A stretch of 63,406 bases of DNA, counting the filler, from Basidiobolus ranarum (taxonomy: Eukaryota): assembly GCA_040143965.1 (NCBI GenBank). It is 27 parts of 27 records of this genome, joined end to end, with 100 filler letters (N's around TTAATTAATTAA, not from the genome) between each part and the next. Parts side by side here need not be neighbours in the genome. Positions count along the whole stretch, not along the records: positions 37,696 to 39,945 come from JASJQH010003580.1; positions 40,046 to 42,294 come from JASJQH010003581.1; positions 42,395 to 44,643 come from JASJQH010003582.1; positions 44,744 to 46,991 come from JASJQH010003583.1; positions 47,092 to 49,339 come from JASJQH010003584.1; positions 49,440 to 51,684 come from JASJQH010003585.1; 21 more parts are not named here. One strand, written 5' to 3'. The notes under the pieces were generated by a model. It saw nothing but the letters and a program-made list of their open reading frames with translations. It was not told the origin of the DNA and ran no database searches. Made by a program: the position numbers and the translations under genes. Positions 38,545-50,961 of the stretch are shown piece after piece; position 1 is the stretch's first letter, and each line of letters begins with the position of its first letter.

Positions 38545-39945
38545 TTAAACCTAACTTATATCTTAATAATTCATATTGTGCTTTAGCTAAAGGTTTGGTT
38601 AGGATATCAGCTATCATTTCTTCAGTAGGGTAAAAGACAAGTTCAATTATATCATTCTCTATTGCTTCTCTTACAAAATGATGCCTAATATCTACATGTT
38701 TTGCTCTAGCATGAAATGTAGGGTTTTTAGCTAATGAAATACAACATTGATTAACTTTAAATACAGTAAAAGTACATTATTGCATGTATCCTAAGTCTGT
38801 AAATAACTTCCTTAGCCACATAGCTTCTTGTGTAGTAGCAGAGGCAGCCATATACTCTGCTTCTGTAGTGGAAGGTGCTATGATTGGTTGCTTCTCACTA
38901 TTCCAAGTTATGGCTCTATTACCATGGAGAAAAGTGTACCCAGTTGTTGATCTTCTATCATCAAGATTTCTTCCCCAGTCTGCATCACTGTAGCCTTCAA
39001 AATTTTGTGCATCAGGAGTGGAAGAGTATTACAGAACTAGATCTACAGTTCCTCTCAAATACCTGAATATTGGTTATACTGCAGCTTTGTGCTCACATGC
39101 AGAATTTACGAGATATTGGCTCACAATTCCCACTGCCACAGCAATGTCTGGACATGTTCCAACCATTGTATACATTAAACTACCAACCATGGAATGATAA
39201 GGGAACTCCTGGCTTTGATTTGAGTCATTTTGGGCCCAATAGGAAGAAATTTTAATTAATTTCACATTGGTATCCATTTGTGTTGATACAGGCATGCTAT
39301 TCTCCATGTTGAAGCGTTTTAGAATGTCTGGGATGCATCTAGACTGATTCAGCATGACTTTGTGATTGGGTTTATCTCTCTTGATTTGGATTCCAACAAA
39401 ATAACTTAATTCACCATTATCAGTCATCTGAAATAGGTTTGATAAGCTGCTTCTTGTCTGATTAAGTGCTTGTGGATCATTTGTGGCTATGATTAAGTAA
39501 TCCATGCATATTGCCAAGATAAGAATCCTATTTCCGGTTGTTTTGATGTAAATACTGTGATCCGCTGTGCTTTTTTGGAATTCCAGAGATTCCAAATAAG
39601 TATCTATCTTGTGTATCATGCCCTGGGTGCTTGCTTGAGTCCATATAGCAATTTTGAGTTTAAAGACCATATCAGGATGTTTGGGTCAACAAATCCATCT
39701 GGTTTCTCCGTGTAGATCTCTTCTTCTAAAATTCCATTCAGAAAGGCTGTTTTTACATCCATTTCATGTAGATCAAGGTTATGGACAGCTGAGAGTGCCA
39801 GGATTGATCTGATGGAGCTAAACTTAGCTACTGGAGCAAATGTTTCATTAAAAGCAACTCCTAGAGTCTAGAAATATCCTTTTGTAACTAATCTTCCTTT
39901 GTACCTTTCCATGGTTACATCAGCTTAGTTTTGACTTTGTAGACC
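38545..39945 (-). mobile_element. Ty1/copia RT-RNase H, degenerate (same family as 62037-63406)
   Basis: [73 protein letters not shown]. Confidence 0.95.
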
Positions 39946-40045
39946 NNNNNNNNNNNNNNNNNNNNNNNNNNNNNNNNNNNNNNNNNNNNTTAATTAATTA
40001 ANNNNNNNNNNNNNNNNNNNNNNNNNNNNNNNNNNNNNNNNNNNN

Positions 40046-40860
40046 TTATTCTATAATGAGCAAAGATATCACCCATTATTCTAAAGAGGAATTTACGTAG
40101 AGGTTCTTGGATATATATATATTTCCGACCTATCCTAGAAGCCCCAGACTCTGCACACATGTTTCTGGGATCTTCCACAATACATTATACATATCTTTTT
40201 ATCTTACCTCTGGACAAAACTAGAAGTGTCTACTCTCTACCATTGAAATTAGCATTACCTGAACACCTATATTTTTATATATAGTATAGTATTTAGTTAT
40301 CCTATATTGAACCAAGATATCACACAGTATTCTCAATTGGAATTTACTTAAGATATTTGTACCAACTTGGAAGTTCTCAGATATAGAGATTTTTCAAACT
40401 TGTGCCAGAGCCCCAACCTTTGCACACATGCTCTTGGGACCTCTCTTAACATATTTTACATGTTGGCTTGCTTACATCTTGGCAAAAATATAAATGTCAA
40501 CTGTCTACTCAATAAATCATTTTCTCTATCTCTCCAAACCACTTCCAATAGACTCCCAAATATTGAAATTAGCATTGCCTAAACACCTGTATATTTATAT
40601 ATAGGTTAGTATTTTGTTATCTTATATTGAACTAAGATATTACCCATTATTCTCAATTGGCAGAAGTTCTCAGATAGATGGATTGTTAAAACTTGTGCTA
40701 GAGGCCCCAAACCTTGCACACATGTTTATGGGACCTTTCTCAACCCATTCAGCATGTTAGCTTACTTACATCTTGTCAAAAATATAAATGTCAACATTCT
40801 ACTCAATAAATCAATAAGTGAAAACTACCAATTTCTCTAATTCTCCAAACCACTTCCAAT
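40046..40860 (-). repeat. Three adjacent partial LTR family C copies (about 40046-40235, 40242-40560, 40561-40860)
   Basis: Repeated ttgaaattagcatt starts and gcccc..accttgcacacatg cores; reverse complement of 26660-27007. Confidence 0.85.
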
Positions 40861-40907
40861 TTAATTTTACAGCTTCTAGCTTACATGATATTTCATAGTG
40901 ATGTTGA

Positions 40908-41326
40908 TGTTGAAGTATTTTGGAAGTTTGTTAGAAGTGGTTTGGAGAGCTAGAATAATTGATGGTTTTCACATGTTGATTTATTGAGTAGAAGGATAAC
41001 ATTTATAGTTCTATCCTGAATTAAGATAAAAAAATGTGTGGAGTGTGTTAAAGAATATCCCAGGAATATGTGTGCAATGTGTGGGGCCTCTGGGGCAAGT
41101 TTGAAAAATCTATATATCTGAGAACTTCCAAGTTGGTTAAATATTCTAAGTAAATTCCAATTTCGAATAGTAGGTGATATCTGAGTGACATATGGAATAA
41201 CTAAATACTAAGCTATATATGACTATATAGATGGGAATAGCGAGTGATATCTTAGCTCAATATGGTATAACTAAATACTAGGCTATATATGACTATATAG
41301 ATGTTTAGGCTACGTTAATTTCAACA
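40908..41326 (+). mobile_element. Solo LTR (family C) with 5-bp target-site duplication GTTGA and an internal ~68-bp tandem duplication
   Basis: TGTTGAA...TTCAACA termini; GTTGA at 40903-40907 and 41327-41331. Confidence 0.88.
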
Positions 41327-41850
41327 GTTGAAGTCTTTTGAAGCTACTGAATTTATTATTGCTGCATTTTTACACCCCACTATCTCATATCTAGGTTAGT
41401 TAACATTTATTTACCAAATGACCTTTAGTTTAAGATCAGAATGTATTTTGTATATACACAACAATCATTCAAGCATTAGCGAAGTTCAACTTAGAGTTTC
41501 AAGTATCTAAATTGATTCCATAGATGCTCTGAATTGATCCTGTATTACTTACAAAATGGAAATATATTATATGCTTCATTTTGAAAATCGTAAGGCAATG
41601 CGGGAAACAGAGAAGCACAAACAGACTCAGTTGACACTAAAAGCAGATTCTGTAAGCCTTCACAAAACAGGTTAAGCCTATACCAGTACAACCCAACAAT
41701 TACTGTGTTGTAGCTCATCTGACTAGGCATTTTGTAGGTATAAAAGTTGCAATACTGGAGTTCAATATTCGAAATATAATAATGCTTAAATTCCTTGATA
41801 TATTTCCATTAGCAATATTACTTTGCAACAAAATCAAATCATACACATCG

Positions 41851-41922
41851 GGCTCAATGGTCTAGTCGTATGATTCCTCGTTCGGGTCGTGGAGGTCCCG
41901 GGTTCAATTCCCGGTTGAGCCC
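41851..41922 (+). tRNA. tRNA-Pro (anticodon CGG), intronless, with two non-canonical bases
   Basis: Acceptor stem GGCTCAA/TTGAGCC; T-arm CCGGG-TTCAATT-CCCGG; anticodon CGG at 41883-41885; T4 run downstream. D-loop reads AGTCGT instead of AGTGGT, and the anticodon stem has a T-T mismatch. Confidence 0.9.
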
Positions 41923-42046
41923 AATTGTTTTGAAACTCAGTACATTGTATTAGTATGACATGATTTTTGTAAAATATCTTGGTATGATGGATGAACAAAA
42001 TCATTTCAATTTCGAATTATTGCACTCCACAAACAATAAAGTGTTT

Positions 42047-42174
42047 GGTAAAAAATGAGATACCCAAAGCAATTTACCTACCACGCTCAATGGTAAAAAA
42101 TGAGATACCCAAAACAATTTACCTACCAGGCTCAATGGTAAAAAAGGGTGGATGGTAAAAAAGGAGGGATGGTA
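42047..42174 (+). repeat. 45-bp tandem repeat (x2) followed by short ggtaaaaaa-led units
   Basis: ggtaaaaaatgagatacccaaa(g/a)caatttacctacca(c/g)gctcaat occurs twice. Confidence 0.9.
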
Positions 42175-42489
42175 TATGTATAGATAGTTATTCCGGATAT
42201 CCGTTTAATATAAACACATTTGAAAATGAATGTATAACTTAACTCCCTGATTACCATTATTAGAGAGTAACGTAAACATGAGTTACGGGGAGTANNNNNN
42301 NNNNNNNNNNNNNNNNNNNNNNNNNNNNNNNNNNNNNNTTAATTAATTAANNNNNNNNNNNNNNNNNNNNNNNNNNNNNNNNNNNNNNNNNNNNTATTGG
42401 GGTACCTACCGCATAGATCATATTGAAAGTGGAACTGAGGGTTTCTTTAAGGATAGCAACACACTACATGGTGAGTATTACTTCAGCCA

Positions 42490-42716
42490 AGAGGAATTTA
42501 CTTAGAAGATACCTAGATTTTTCAAACTTGTGCTAGAAGCCCCAAACTTTGCACACATGCTCCTGAGACCTTCCTTAACACATCTTGCACGTTTGTTTGC
42601 TTACATTTTGACAAAGGTATAAATGTCAACTTTCTACTCAATAAATTAATAAGTGAGGACCATTAATTCCTCAAGTTCTCCAAACCACTTCCACCAAACT
42701 CGCAAATACTTCAACA
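42490..42716 (-). repeat. LTR family C, partial
   Basis: Reverse complement of 26660-26900; ends cttcaaca. Confidence 0.85.
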
Positions 42717-44453
42717 AAATCGAGTAACATCTATCTTAGGTTACTTCCGGTAATACCATATCTATACCATCAAGTAGTTCGTTAAAATGGAAAATGTATA
42801 CTTTTGATTTGCTGTATGTCTTCGCTGACTTCAAAACCCTAGAACATACTAATACCTCAACTTGTGTCACTATGAGTGAAAGCAACATGCAGCAATTGAC
42901 AACACAAAGGTATATTTGCTTAGTAGCTTCTTGTCTCCTAATTGTTACCTATCATTATTATTGCAATATTGAAGAATCAATAATAATTTGGATCTACCCT
43001 GACTTGTTCCAAATCCTTGCTAATAATGGGTGTGCTACCATGGGTTTTGGTCAGACTGATATTCTACATATCCTTAGCATTGCATCAATCATGTACTCCA
43101 TATATCGATCGAAATCATCTTCAACTTTCAGTGAAATACTGCACGCCAACTTCAATCTGTGTAAGTAGAATGAAATGCATAGAAACCAAGTTGGTGCCTT
43201 GCACGCATTATTTTGTACCTAGAAGCAGTGGATAGATCCTGGATTTGGGTATAATGACTTACTGAATTTAGAAGGAGGTGAGTGAGCTAGTGCCGAAAAA
43301 CCTTAATTACTGAAGGAAGTTTATTCTATTCAAGCTTGTGTTGTCTCATTAAAGGAGTGGGATAATTTACAATAGACAGGTATATGTCATGATTGACTAT
43401 GCATTATTTGATGACCATGATATTAAGGCTATGTAATGAATTAACCGAGAATAAGTCTCGAGATTATATATGTATAGATTGCTGAAAGGGCATAATACTG
43501 CCAGCTAATCAAGTTAGAAAGAATCCTCATGTAGACCGTTTGAAGATATTGTGAGGAAGGAAACGGATTTAGGGATTAGATCCTCAATCCAAATAACTTC
43601 TCATCAAAAGAAATGCATAATGGGTAATTGATCTATTCTTGGGATTTCATTCAAATCCACCAACGATGCCCTGATACCAATGGAATAGACTCGCTATTTT
43701 AGTGCGAAACAAATGCTCTTCTCAATCGCCAAGCATATGGAGCCAGGTTACTTCTTTCGTGAAGATTGGAATGACTCTTTGGTTCCTTCGTGTCAGAAGG
43801 TAGATGTTCTAGGAATTCCCGCCATGATTATGTGTAATGTTAAAGCAACAAAGCTAATCGGGAAGTTGGCAAAAGGGACAAATTAGATTAGCGGGAAATT
43901 CCCAAATATAGATTCGCCACAAATGTACTGATCCGGTCGAATGCAAGGAAGATCCAAGTATAATGAATAAAAAGACAGTCAGACTCGATAAATCAAGTAC
44001 ACACTGGAATAAGTTGGCACAACGTTGGCGTATCCCCCTTTCCTCAAACCTTAGGTATTGCACCAGTTTATTGACTGATGGCCAGGTTTGTTACTAGTGA
44101 TGTTTGCATCGTCCACCTTTTGGAAGGTCAACTGATAATCAACCAATATGATGGTTCGTTCCACTCATTATGTTTATCCTCTAGAAGAGGACTGGGAGGT
44201 ATTGCTTCCAAGGTTATTCGTTCACAATGGACAAATGGAATGTAGTTACAGAAACAATTATTGGCAAAATTTATTTCTGTCTTCACTTGAATAATTTGTC
44301 GGGAATTTCCTGGTTAATACTTTTGCGATCAAAAATATGGATGAATTGGATTTTGGCGGATAGCCAGATCAATGGCATTATTTGAATGGTATGTTGAATA
44401 AGCTTAATGATCGGTAGTTACGTGGATATGGAGTTAGAATTAGAAAGAGTACT

Positions 44454-44643
44454 TTATAGCATCCATTGCTTGAATGTCTCGACTTCCCTTTGTCTAGCAT
44501 CCTTAAGAGATTGACTGTCCAAAGGTGCATCGGATCCGAGGTCAGTACAGTGTGAGCCTTTCTTGATCACTGCGAGAGGGTTGGAGGGTTTGTCGTGACG
44601 CTTAGGAGCATTAGGAGAGTTTACTGATAGCTTTCTCCATGGG
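44454..44643 (-). CDS. C-terminus of a peptidase S28 family serine carboxypeptidase (absent from the ORF track)
   Basis: Manual translation PWRKLSVNSP...VIKKGSHCTDLGSDAPLDSQSLKDARQREVETFKQWML* fits the S28 pattern (D)PW...HC.DL...AR..E...W carrying the catalytic Asp and His. Confidence 0.8.
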
Positions 44644-44743
44644 NNNNNNNNNNNNNNNNNNNNNNNNNNNNNNNNNNNNNNNNNNNNTTAATTAATTAAN
44701 NNNNNNNNNNNNNNNNNNNNNNNNNNNNNNNNNNNNNNNNNNN

Positions 44744-45811
44744 ACAAATCAACTTCCAATACGAAAAGTGCAGACCAAATAATCCACATTGAAAACTTCA
44801 TAGGATATACTAAAGTACCGGTTGGAGCGACACCGCCACTGACCATACATGGGGTTCACCAGAAAAAAAGAGTCAAAGCTCCATTGGCCACTACCCAAGC
44901 TACTCTAGTTGCTTCTTGCTCTCGAGGGGTGAAGGTGTTTGAGGTCTGGGGTGGGATATCAGCCAGAGCGCGCAAGGAACAGATATCGCGAAGTCCTGTT
45001 TTCGTGCTGTCTTCGACCGAATTAACGTTAGAATTTGCGGACTGAATCAAAAAACAGTTTATTGAATTAAAAAAGATTGCCGAAAGCACTACTAACCATG
45101 GAAAGCTCATTAAAATTCAGCTTTATGTTTTTTGTGCACCTGGAGTTTACATATACCACCAATGATGCCGTGGGTCAAAATATTGTTACTATCGCGACAC
45201 AGAAAATCTGTGACGAATTATTGACCATCAAAACATTAAACAGCAGGCTTGTATTCGAGAAGAGCTTTGTAGAAGGAAATACTACGGCTGGAAAGAAGTT
45301 GTCTCTTATGAGATCCTTCACTACTCGCGGAGTTAAGGTTAGAAGCTGGGGAATTGTGAGCAAGGATGCATGTCTAAAATATCTCAAGGTTCATCCTAAA
45401 GATATTTTCAGACTCTATATCGAGGCTATGCAATCTTCAATCTGGACGAGTACCCTAGGAATGAACATCAATTCCACTATGATCTTAGCGGCTATATATC
45501 TTTCATGCGGCCAAGATGCAGGCTCAATTGCTGAAAGCTCATGGAGTCAGCTATCCATGGATATTGATGATGACGATAATCTGCATATATCACTCTACTT
45601 TCCATCGCTTCTTGTCGGTATGGTGGGTGGAGGAACACAGTATAGTGATCAGTCGAAGCACTTAAAGATGATGGATTGTTTAGGAGTGGGCCGCAAAATG
45701 GCTTTTACAAAGACTGTAGCCTCATTCTGTTTGGCTCTTGAGTTGTCCACAATTGCTGCTGTATCTAATAACACATATGTCAATGCTCACCAGACGTCAG
45801 CTAGATTATAA
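44744..45811 (+). pseudogene. Short class I HMG-CoA reductase-like pseudogene, intronless over the visible region
   Basis: IENFIGYTKVPVG, APLATTQATLVASCSRG, SRSPVF, DAVGQNIVT, GQDAGSIAE, PSLLVGMVGGGT, LALELS; in-frame TGA at 45043-45045 and a frameshift near 45121-45134. Confidence 0.88.
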
Positions 45812-46215
45812 TTACCATGAATATCACATTTTATTCCTCATATTCCACAAAATATATCCTTCTACTATCTACTTAAGCTTAACCACAATTTTTAGGCTTA
45901 TACACCTGTTGTTATGTTAGGTTGATTAATTCCTTGTTAATTGTATTACTCATTTATACATCTATCTATTGAACATCAACAGATTCTCCCATCATAAAGT
46001 AGAATCAAATATTTAGAGTATATCTAGAAGTTTTAACACTTTTTGGCATTCCTCTATAACCATCTTAACATGGCGTTAAATCTATAATATCATGCTGAAG
46101 CTGCTATCAGACTACTGACGCATGTTCGATGGACAGCACTAGGAAGACACTCAGCGCAAGGAATTGCTGCTATTGTCTTGGGTATTGCATGTCACCGAGA
46201 ATTGGATGACACACT

Positions 46216-46506
46216 ATGTGTGCACAGTGTGTGTTTGATGCCATCATCAGAGCAATTCAAGCTAGAAACCACTGTAATGCGGCATTAATAAAGGCAGAAA
46301 TGGCCACATATTACTGTGTTTATCTTAGTAAGAGAGAGGTGAATGTAAGTAGGCGCTGCCAGGACTGTACTTGGCGGGAGGCTGATTGGCAGGCTTACGA
46401 TAATGCACTTATGTTCCTTCGAGGGTTAGCATCAACTGATTGTACATCAAGTAAGTGGTACAAACCATTCAAGAAAATAGCAGGCTTCCGTCAATGCAAG
46501 ACATAG
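46216..46506 (+). CDS. Hypothetical small Cys-rich ORF
   Basis: 96-aa ORF with 8 Cys in CpG-retaining DNA; no recognised domain. Confidence 0.25.
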   Translation: MCAQCVFDAIIRAIQARNHCNAALIKAEMATYYCVYLSKREVNVSRRCQDCTWREADWQAYDNALMFLRGLASTDCTSSKWYKPFKKIAGFRQCKT

Positions 46507-46559
46507 TCATGACTTGGGAGCATAGCCGTATCCAGGGAGGATTTAGGTTAAAAGCCTAA

Positions 46560-46691
<132 letters not shown>

Positions 46692-47091
46692 TGACCAAGT
46701 GTAGCCTACAGAGTAAGTTGAACTGGCCAAAATAAAGAATATGTGAAACTGAAGAAGCCAATGGTGAAAAAACTCACCAATACTAAGAGAGATTAGCAAT
46801 TTGATGGAGTTTATGAAACCTGACATTAGCACCAATCCGATCCAATAGTAATCAGAATTTTTCGTAAAGTTTTAACATGGAAATAACATATAACAATGTG
46901 CGAGAATTAGTCACCCACTTGTGGCAGAGACTTCCACTGCTAGTACTTCAAAGTCTTCGTTATAGTCCTAGCCCTTAGTCAATATGAGACANNNNNNNNN
47001 NNNNNNNNNNNNNNNNNNNNNNNNNNNNNNNNNNNTTAATTAATTAANNNNNNNNNNNNNNNNNNNNNNNNNNNNNNNNNNNNNNNNNNNN

Positions 47092-48080
47092 AATAAACCA
47101 GAATGCACTTGAAAGGCCACCGAGGACAACTTTGCATCTCATTTTAAACTTTTCACAAAGATGGGAGGAGGGCTTGGTCTATTACTCGATGAGAAGACCA
47201 GCTTTAAATCATCTAATGTGGATAACCCATGCCATGATCTATACATATTAAGCATAGCAGTCATGATCTTCTCATGGGCATAGTCGAGTTCTGTATCTAT
47301 TCATTCACAACTATTTGCCCCACATTGGCGTAGAGTTAATAGCACGGTGGTAATTGGTAAATATTTTTCATCAGTATTGATAGTTTCATCAATTGACCCC
47401 AGTTTGCCAGATGGTGGCTCCTCATGATAGATAGCGTCTCGCGCACGATCATTCCCACATTCATCTTTCTCGGATCTATTTAGCTGTTCTTCAATTATAT
47501 GAGCAGGCAGATGATTTACTGCTCGTAAACCATCCAGAACCTTGCTACCACCATCTTGGTTCACTTTGCCAACAGAAAGACTTCTTGCGATATGCGATCC
47601 TTCTTCATATGAATATTGAATAAGTACATCACCATGATTTGATGCCCTCCATGTCATCATACCAAGCTTACTATTTCGAAAACCAAAGCATATTCCAGTA
47701 CCAGTATTATAAGGGAGTCCGACAGTTAATCTATCGTCAATGGAATGACGTTCAATCAAATTTGATATATTAGCTCTCATTAAGCTAGCACGTTCTTGTT
47801 CGTTATCCGTTATTTTCCATCCTTCTGTCCAGCTCAGATTCGTGTTACCAAATGAGTTAGATATCGGAATTGACTTAACCAAGTGGTGCTCACTGGCACT
47901 AAATTCATACAGCTCCTTAAGTTTGGATACCTCGTCAAAGCCATGACTATCATCCATTTCAAGAAACCTTTTTCCTTCATCATCCCCAATCCATGTTGAA
48001 AGAGTAAGCGGTAAGTCTTGCTCGACTTCTGGCAATGGAGTAGTGGCCCCTGACTTGGTTGCTTCACGTAAGATAATCAT
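47092..48080 (-). pseudogene. Orphan intronless ORF of about 330 codons, interrupted only by two in-frame TGA codons
   Basis: The 259-aa ORF continues in frame past TGA at 47301-47303 (IDTELDYAHEKIMTAML...) and past a second TGA near 47139 to the contig edge. Confidence 0.5.
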
Positions 48081-49439
48081 TATAATAGGTTTTCATAGTG
48101 GCATAGAGCGAAATTTATTCGATCCTTACCACTTTTTCTTCTTGCAATGCAAATGTATGTGTAAGGATAATTAATATCAACATAATCCCACGACTATACT
48201 AGTTTAAACTTGAAATAGAAGACATAGTCAATCCAGAAAATAAGATGAAAACTATCAAGACTCCTAGACTCTAAGGCTTCAGTAGTAACATTCCTAGCTC
48301 ACGTACTTTATTTGTTCACATGAATATACCTCAGGTTGAAATAACAGCTTCAGGTTTGCATTCCACTAGATGTGGTTTAAGATGCTAATGGAGAACATAT
48401 ATAAACTCACAATCGATTAGTTACAGTTTAGCTTCATGTAATAAATTGGGCTAAGACATTTGGACTTCCTAATTTCAGAATAAATTTTAGACCTTTATAT
48501 ATTATTAGTGTGAATCTGTAAAAAGTGGCGCATTGCTACCATGAATGCATAACATTTCGGATGATGCTATCCTAGGTTTAATGTGGATCGTGAACCTACA
48601 GAAGTTGACTTTTAATGTCAACCTGTAAGGGAGTTGGAATGTCTCAATAAAGAGGTTTGTAAATTTGCATACTGCTACTTGTACCAAATCTTTGGATGCT
48701 GCGGCTAGATTAAATGCTGATAGCTCTGAGAGTAAAAGTCAGGTCTGGTATTGTATATTACAGATTGGAATATCTGTTGATTAACAAAGTATGAAAGTCT
48801 GTGCTATAGTCGGCCAAACAAGCAAGTCTTACCCTGGCTATGTTTAAGTTGACTACAGGTGAGACTTGTCCCAGTAAGATGGGTTTATGAGCAATTGAAG
48901 ATAATACATACATTGGATCATATCAACGCAAGCAAAAAATACATCATGTCAAGACATAGTGATAAAATTAGGGGACTTAGGAGGATGTTTTAGAAAGTGG
49001 CATTAAAATTAGTATGAGAGATAATCAATTGTTGAGGGGAAAAAAGGCATTTGTACTTTTGGTAGAATGTAGAAACCAGCATAGGGTCACATTTATTAAA
49101 ATTAGCATAGCCTAAACATCTCTATAGTCATATAAAGCTTTGTATAGTTGAATTTAGCATTGTCTAAGCATCTATTTAGTCATATATAGCCCAGGGCTAG
49201 GGTTAGGGGGATGAAAAGCACCAGATGGTGTGGACTTTATTTAGCTTAAATACTAATCTAAACAAAGTTACAATCAAGACATATATGAACAATATTTACC
49301 TGATTCAGTGATTGCCAATTATGTGCAAACAGTACATGANNNNNNNNNNNNNNNNNNNNNNNNNNNNNNNNNNNNNNNNNNNNTTAATTAATTAANNNNN
49401 NNNNNNNNNNNNNNNNNNNNNNNNNNNNNNNNNNNNNNN

Positions 49440-49545
49440 GCTTAGCAGCGCCCTCAGCCTTCATTTGCTCATTGCCGAGAACACTTCCAGCAGTTTCTTG
49501 AACGTAACCAGTAGCGTATTTGACGTTGGCGTTGACTTTATCCAT
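49440..49545 (-). CDS. CsbD-like stress protein, copy A (3' end cut by contig edge)
   Basis: MDKVNANVKYATGYVQETAGSVLGNEQMKAEGAAK, identical to copy B. Confidence 0.88.
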
Positions 49546-50003
49546 GTTGATTTGATTGTTGTTTGAGTGAAAATTGTTTGCACACTTAACGAGGATACCT
49601 ACGTGCTTTTATAATGTGTTGCTCAGTAATCACATGGTTCTTATGAGCCAAGGCCAATATGCTAACAGTAGATTCATCAAGCTAATTTGTAAGTCGGCGC
49701 TTTCATTTCCGTAGATACTCTGACGTTGATATTACATTCACACCATAACACTGGTGAAAGGATCTTCTTTCAGATGAATGCATCGTTATGACATCAGAAA
49801 TTGAGTTGTTCAACCAATAAACATGGTAGAGTAATTAATGGACAGTGACCACTAATCTAAAACCTAATGTCAGGAATTGTCGACGTAATGAATTTATGTA
49901 ATGAATTTAGTAACAGTTCATTGATTTATCCCATTATAAATTGAAGTGAGTTTAGTATACAGTTGATCAAAATATTTCCAATTCATACTACAATCAACGC
50001 AAC

Positions 50004-50294
50004 ATGGATAAAGTCAACGCCAACGTCAAATATGCTACTGGTTACGTTCAAGAAACCGCTGGAAGTGTTCTCGGCAATGAGCAGATGAAGGCTGAGGGCG
50101 CTGCTAAGCAAGCTCAAGCTGATGCCGAGTACAAGGCTGCCCAAGCTCAAGGATATGCTCAAGGTGCTGGTGAGAAGCTGAAGGGTAATGTCAAAGATAC
50201 TGTTGGTTCAGCCATTGGAAACGAACAAATGCAAGCTGAGGGTAAAGTTGGAGCCACAAAAGGAGATATTCGCATGGATGCCAATTCCAACTAG
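50004..50294 (+). CDS. CsbD-like stress protein with two CsbD repeats, copy B
   Basis: Two G..(K/Q)(E/D)T.G...GNEQM.AEG repeats; 96 aa; TATAAA at about 49935. Confidence 0.9.
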   Translation: MDKVNANVKYATGYVQETAGSVLGNEQMKAEGAAKQAQADAEYKAAQAQGYAQGAGEKLKGNVKDTVGSAIGNEQMQAEGKVGATKGDIRMDANSN

Positions 50295-50801
50295 AATGGC
50301 CATTAGTGCTTTAATGTAGTATTTCACTGCTATTACAATGTAAAATAAACAATCACTACACCATATACTGTTTCAGCCAAATATTATAGCCACCATGAAT
50401 AAATATCTGGGCCGGTGCTAAAATATTATTGAACTACGAGAAGTACTCTTGCTTTGAGATTACTTTCAGTAGTCCACAGAATACTTAGTAGTAGAACAGC
50501 AATGATAGTGCTCTTGAATTGAAAACACTTCCTCTTTTATTGAGGTCACGGCTAGCTCAGTTGTCAGAAAAGCAAAATCTCCAAAGTAGATGCTATTAAC
50601 GAGTGCAAAGATTAACTTTCAAGATTTCCAAATATCTGATGTATAATTTTCAAACCATGTATATGTAAAATAGTTAACCATTTGCAGAGTATATCTGTGA
50701 AGCGTTGCCAATGAATAATACAATTCTATGTACGGAGTATTAACATATAAAGTTTATTTTACAGTGATATGGTGCCGAAATATTATATTGGAGCGATATT
50801 T

Positions 50802-50961
50802 CTAGTTGTAGTTAGCACCTATGTAAATATCTCTTTTTGTGGTTCAACCTTGCCTTCAACCTGCGTTTTCTCATTGCCAATAACTGAGTTAACAGTGACT
50901 TTAGCGGTACTCAATTGCCTCTCACTTATACCCTGTATATATCCTTGCTCTTAGGCAACCT
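50802..50961 (-). pseudogene. Diverged CsbD-like pseudogene, copy D
   Basis: Manual translation VA*EQGYIQGISERQLSTAKVTVNSVIGNEKTQVEGKV(frameshift)...YIGANYN* aligns to AAQAQGYAQGAGEKLKGNVKDTVGSAIGNEQMQAEGKV...RMDANSN*. Confidence 0.8.

Noticed and set aside
43600-44100. Short plus-strand open frames suggesting a gene remnant
   Set aside because: No consistent exon chain or recognisable motif.
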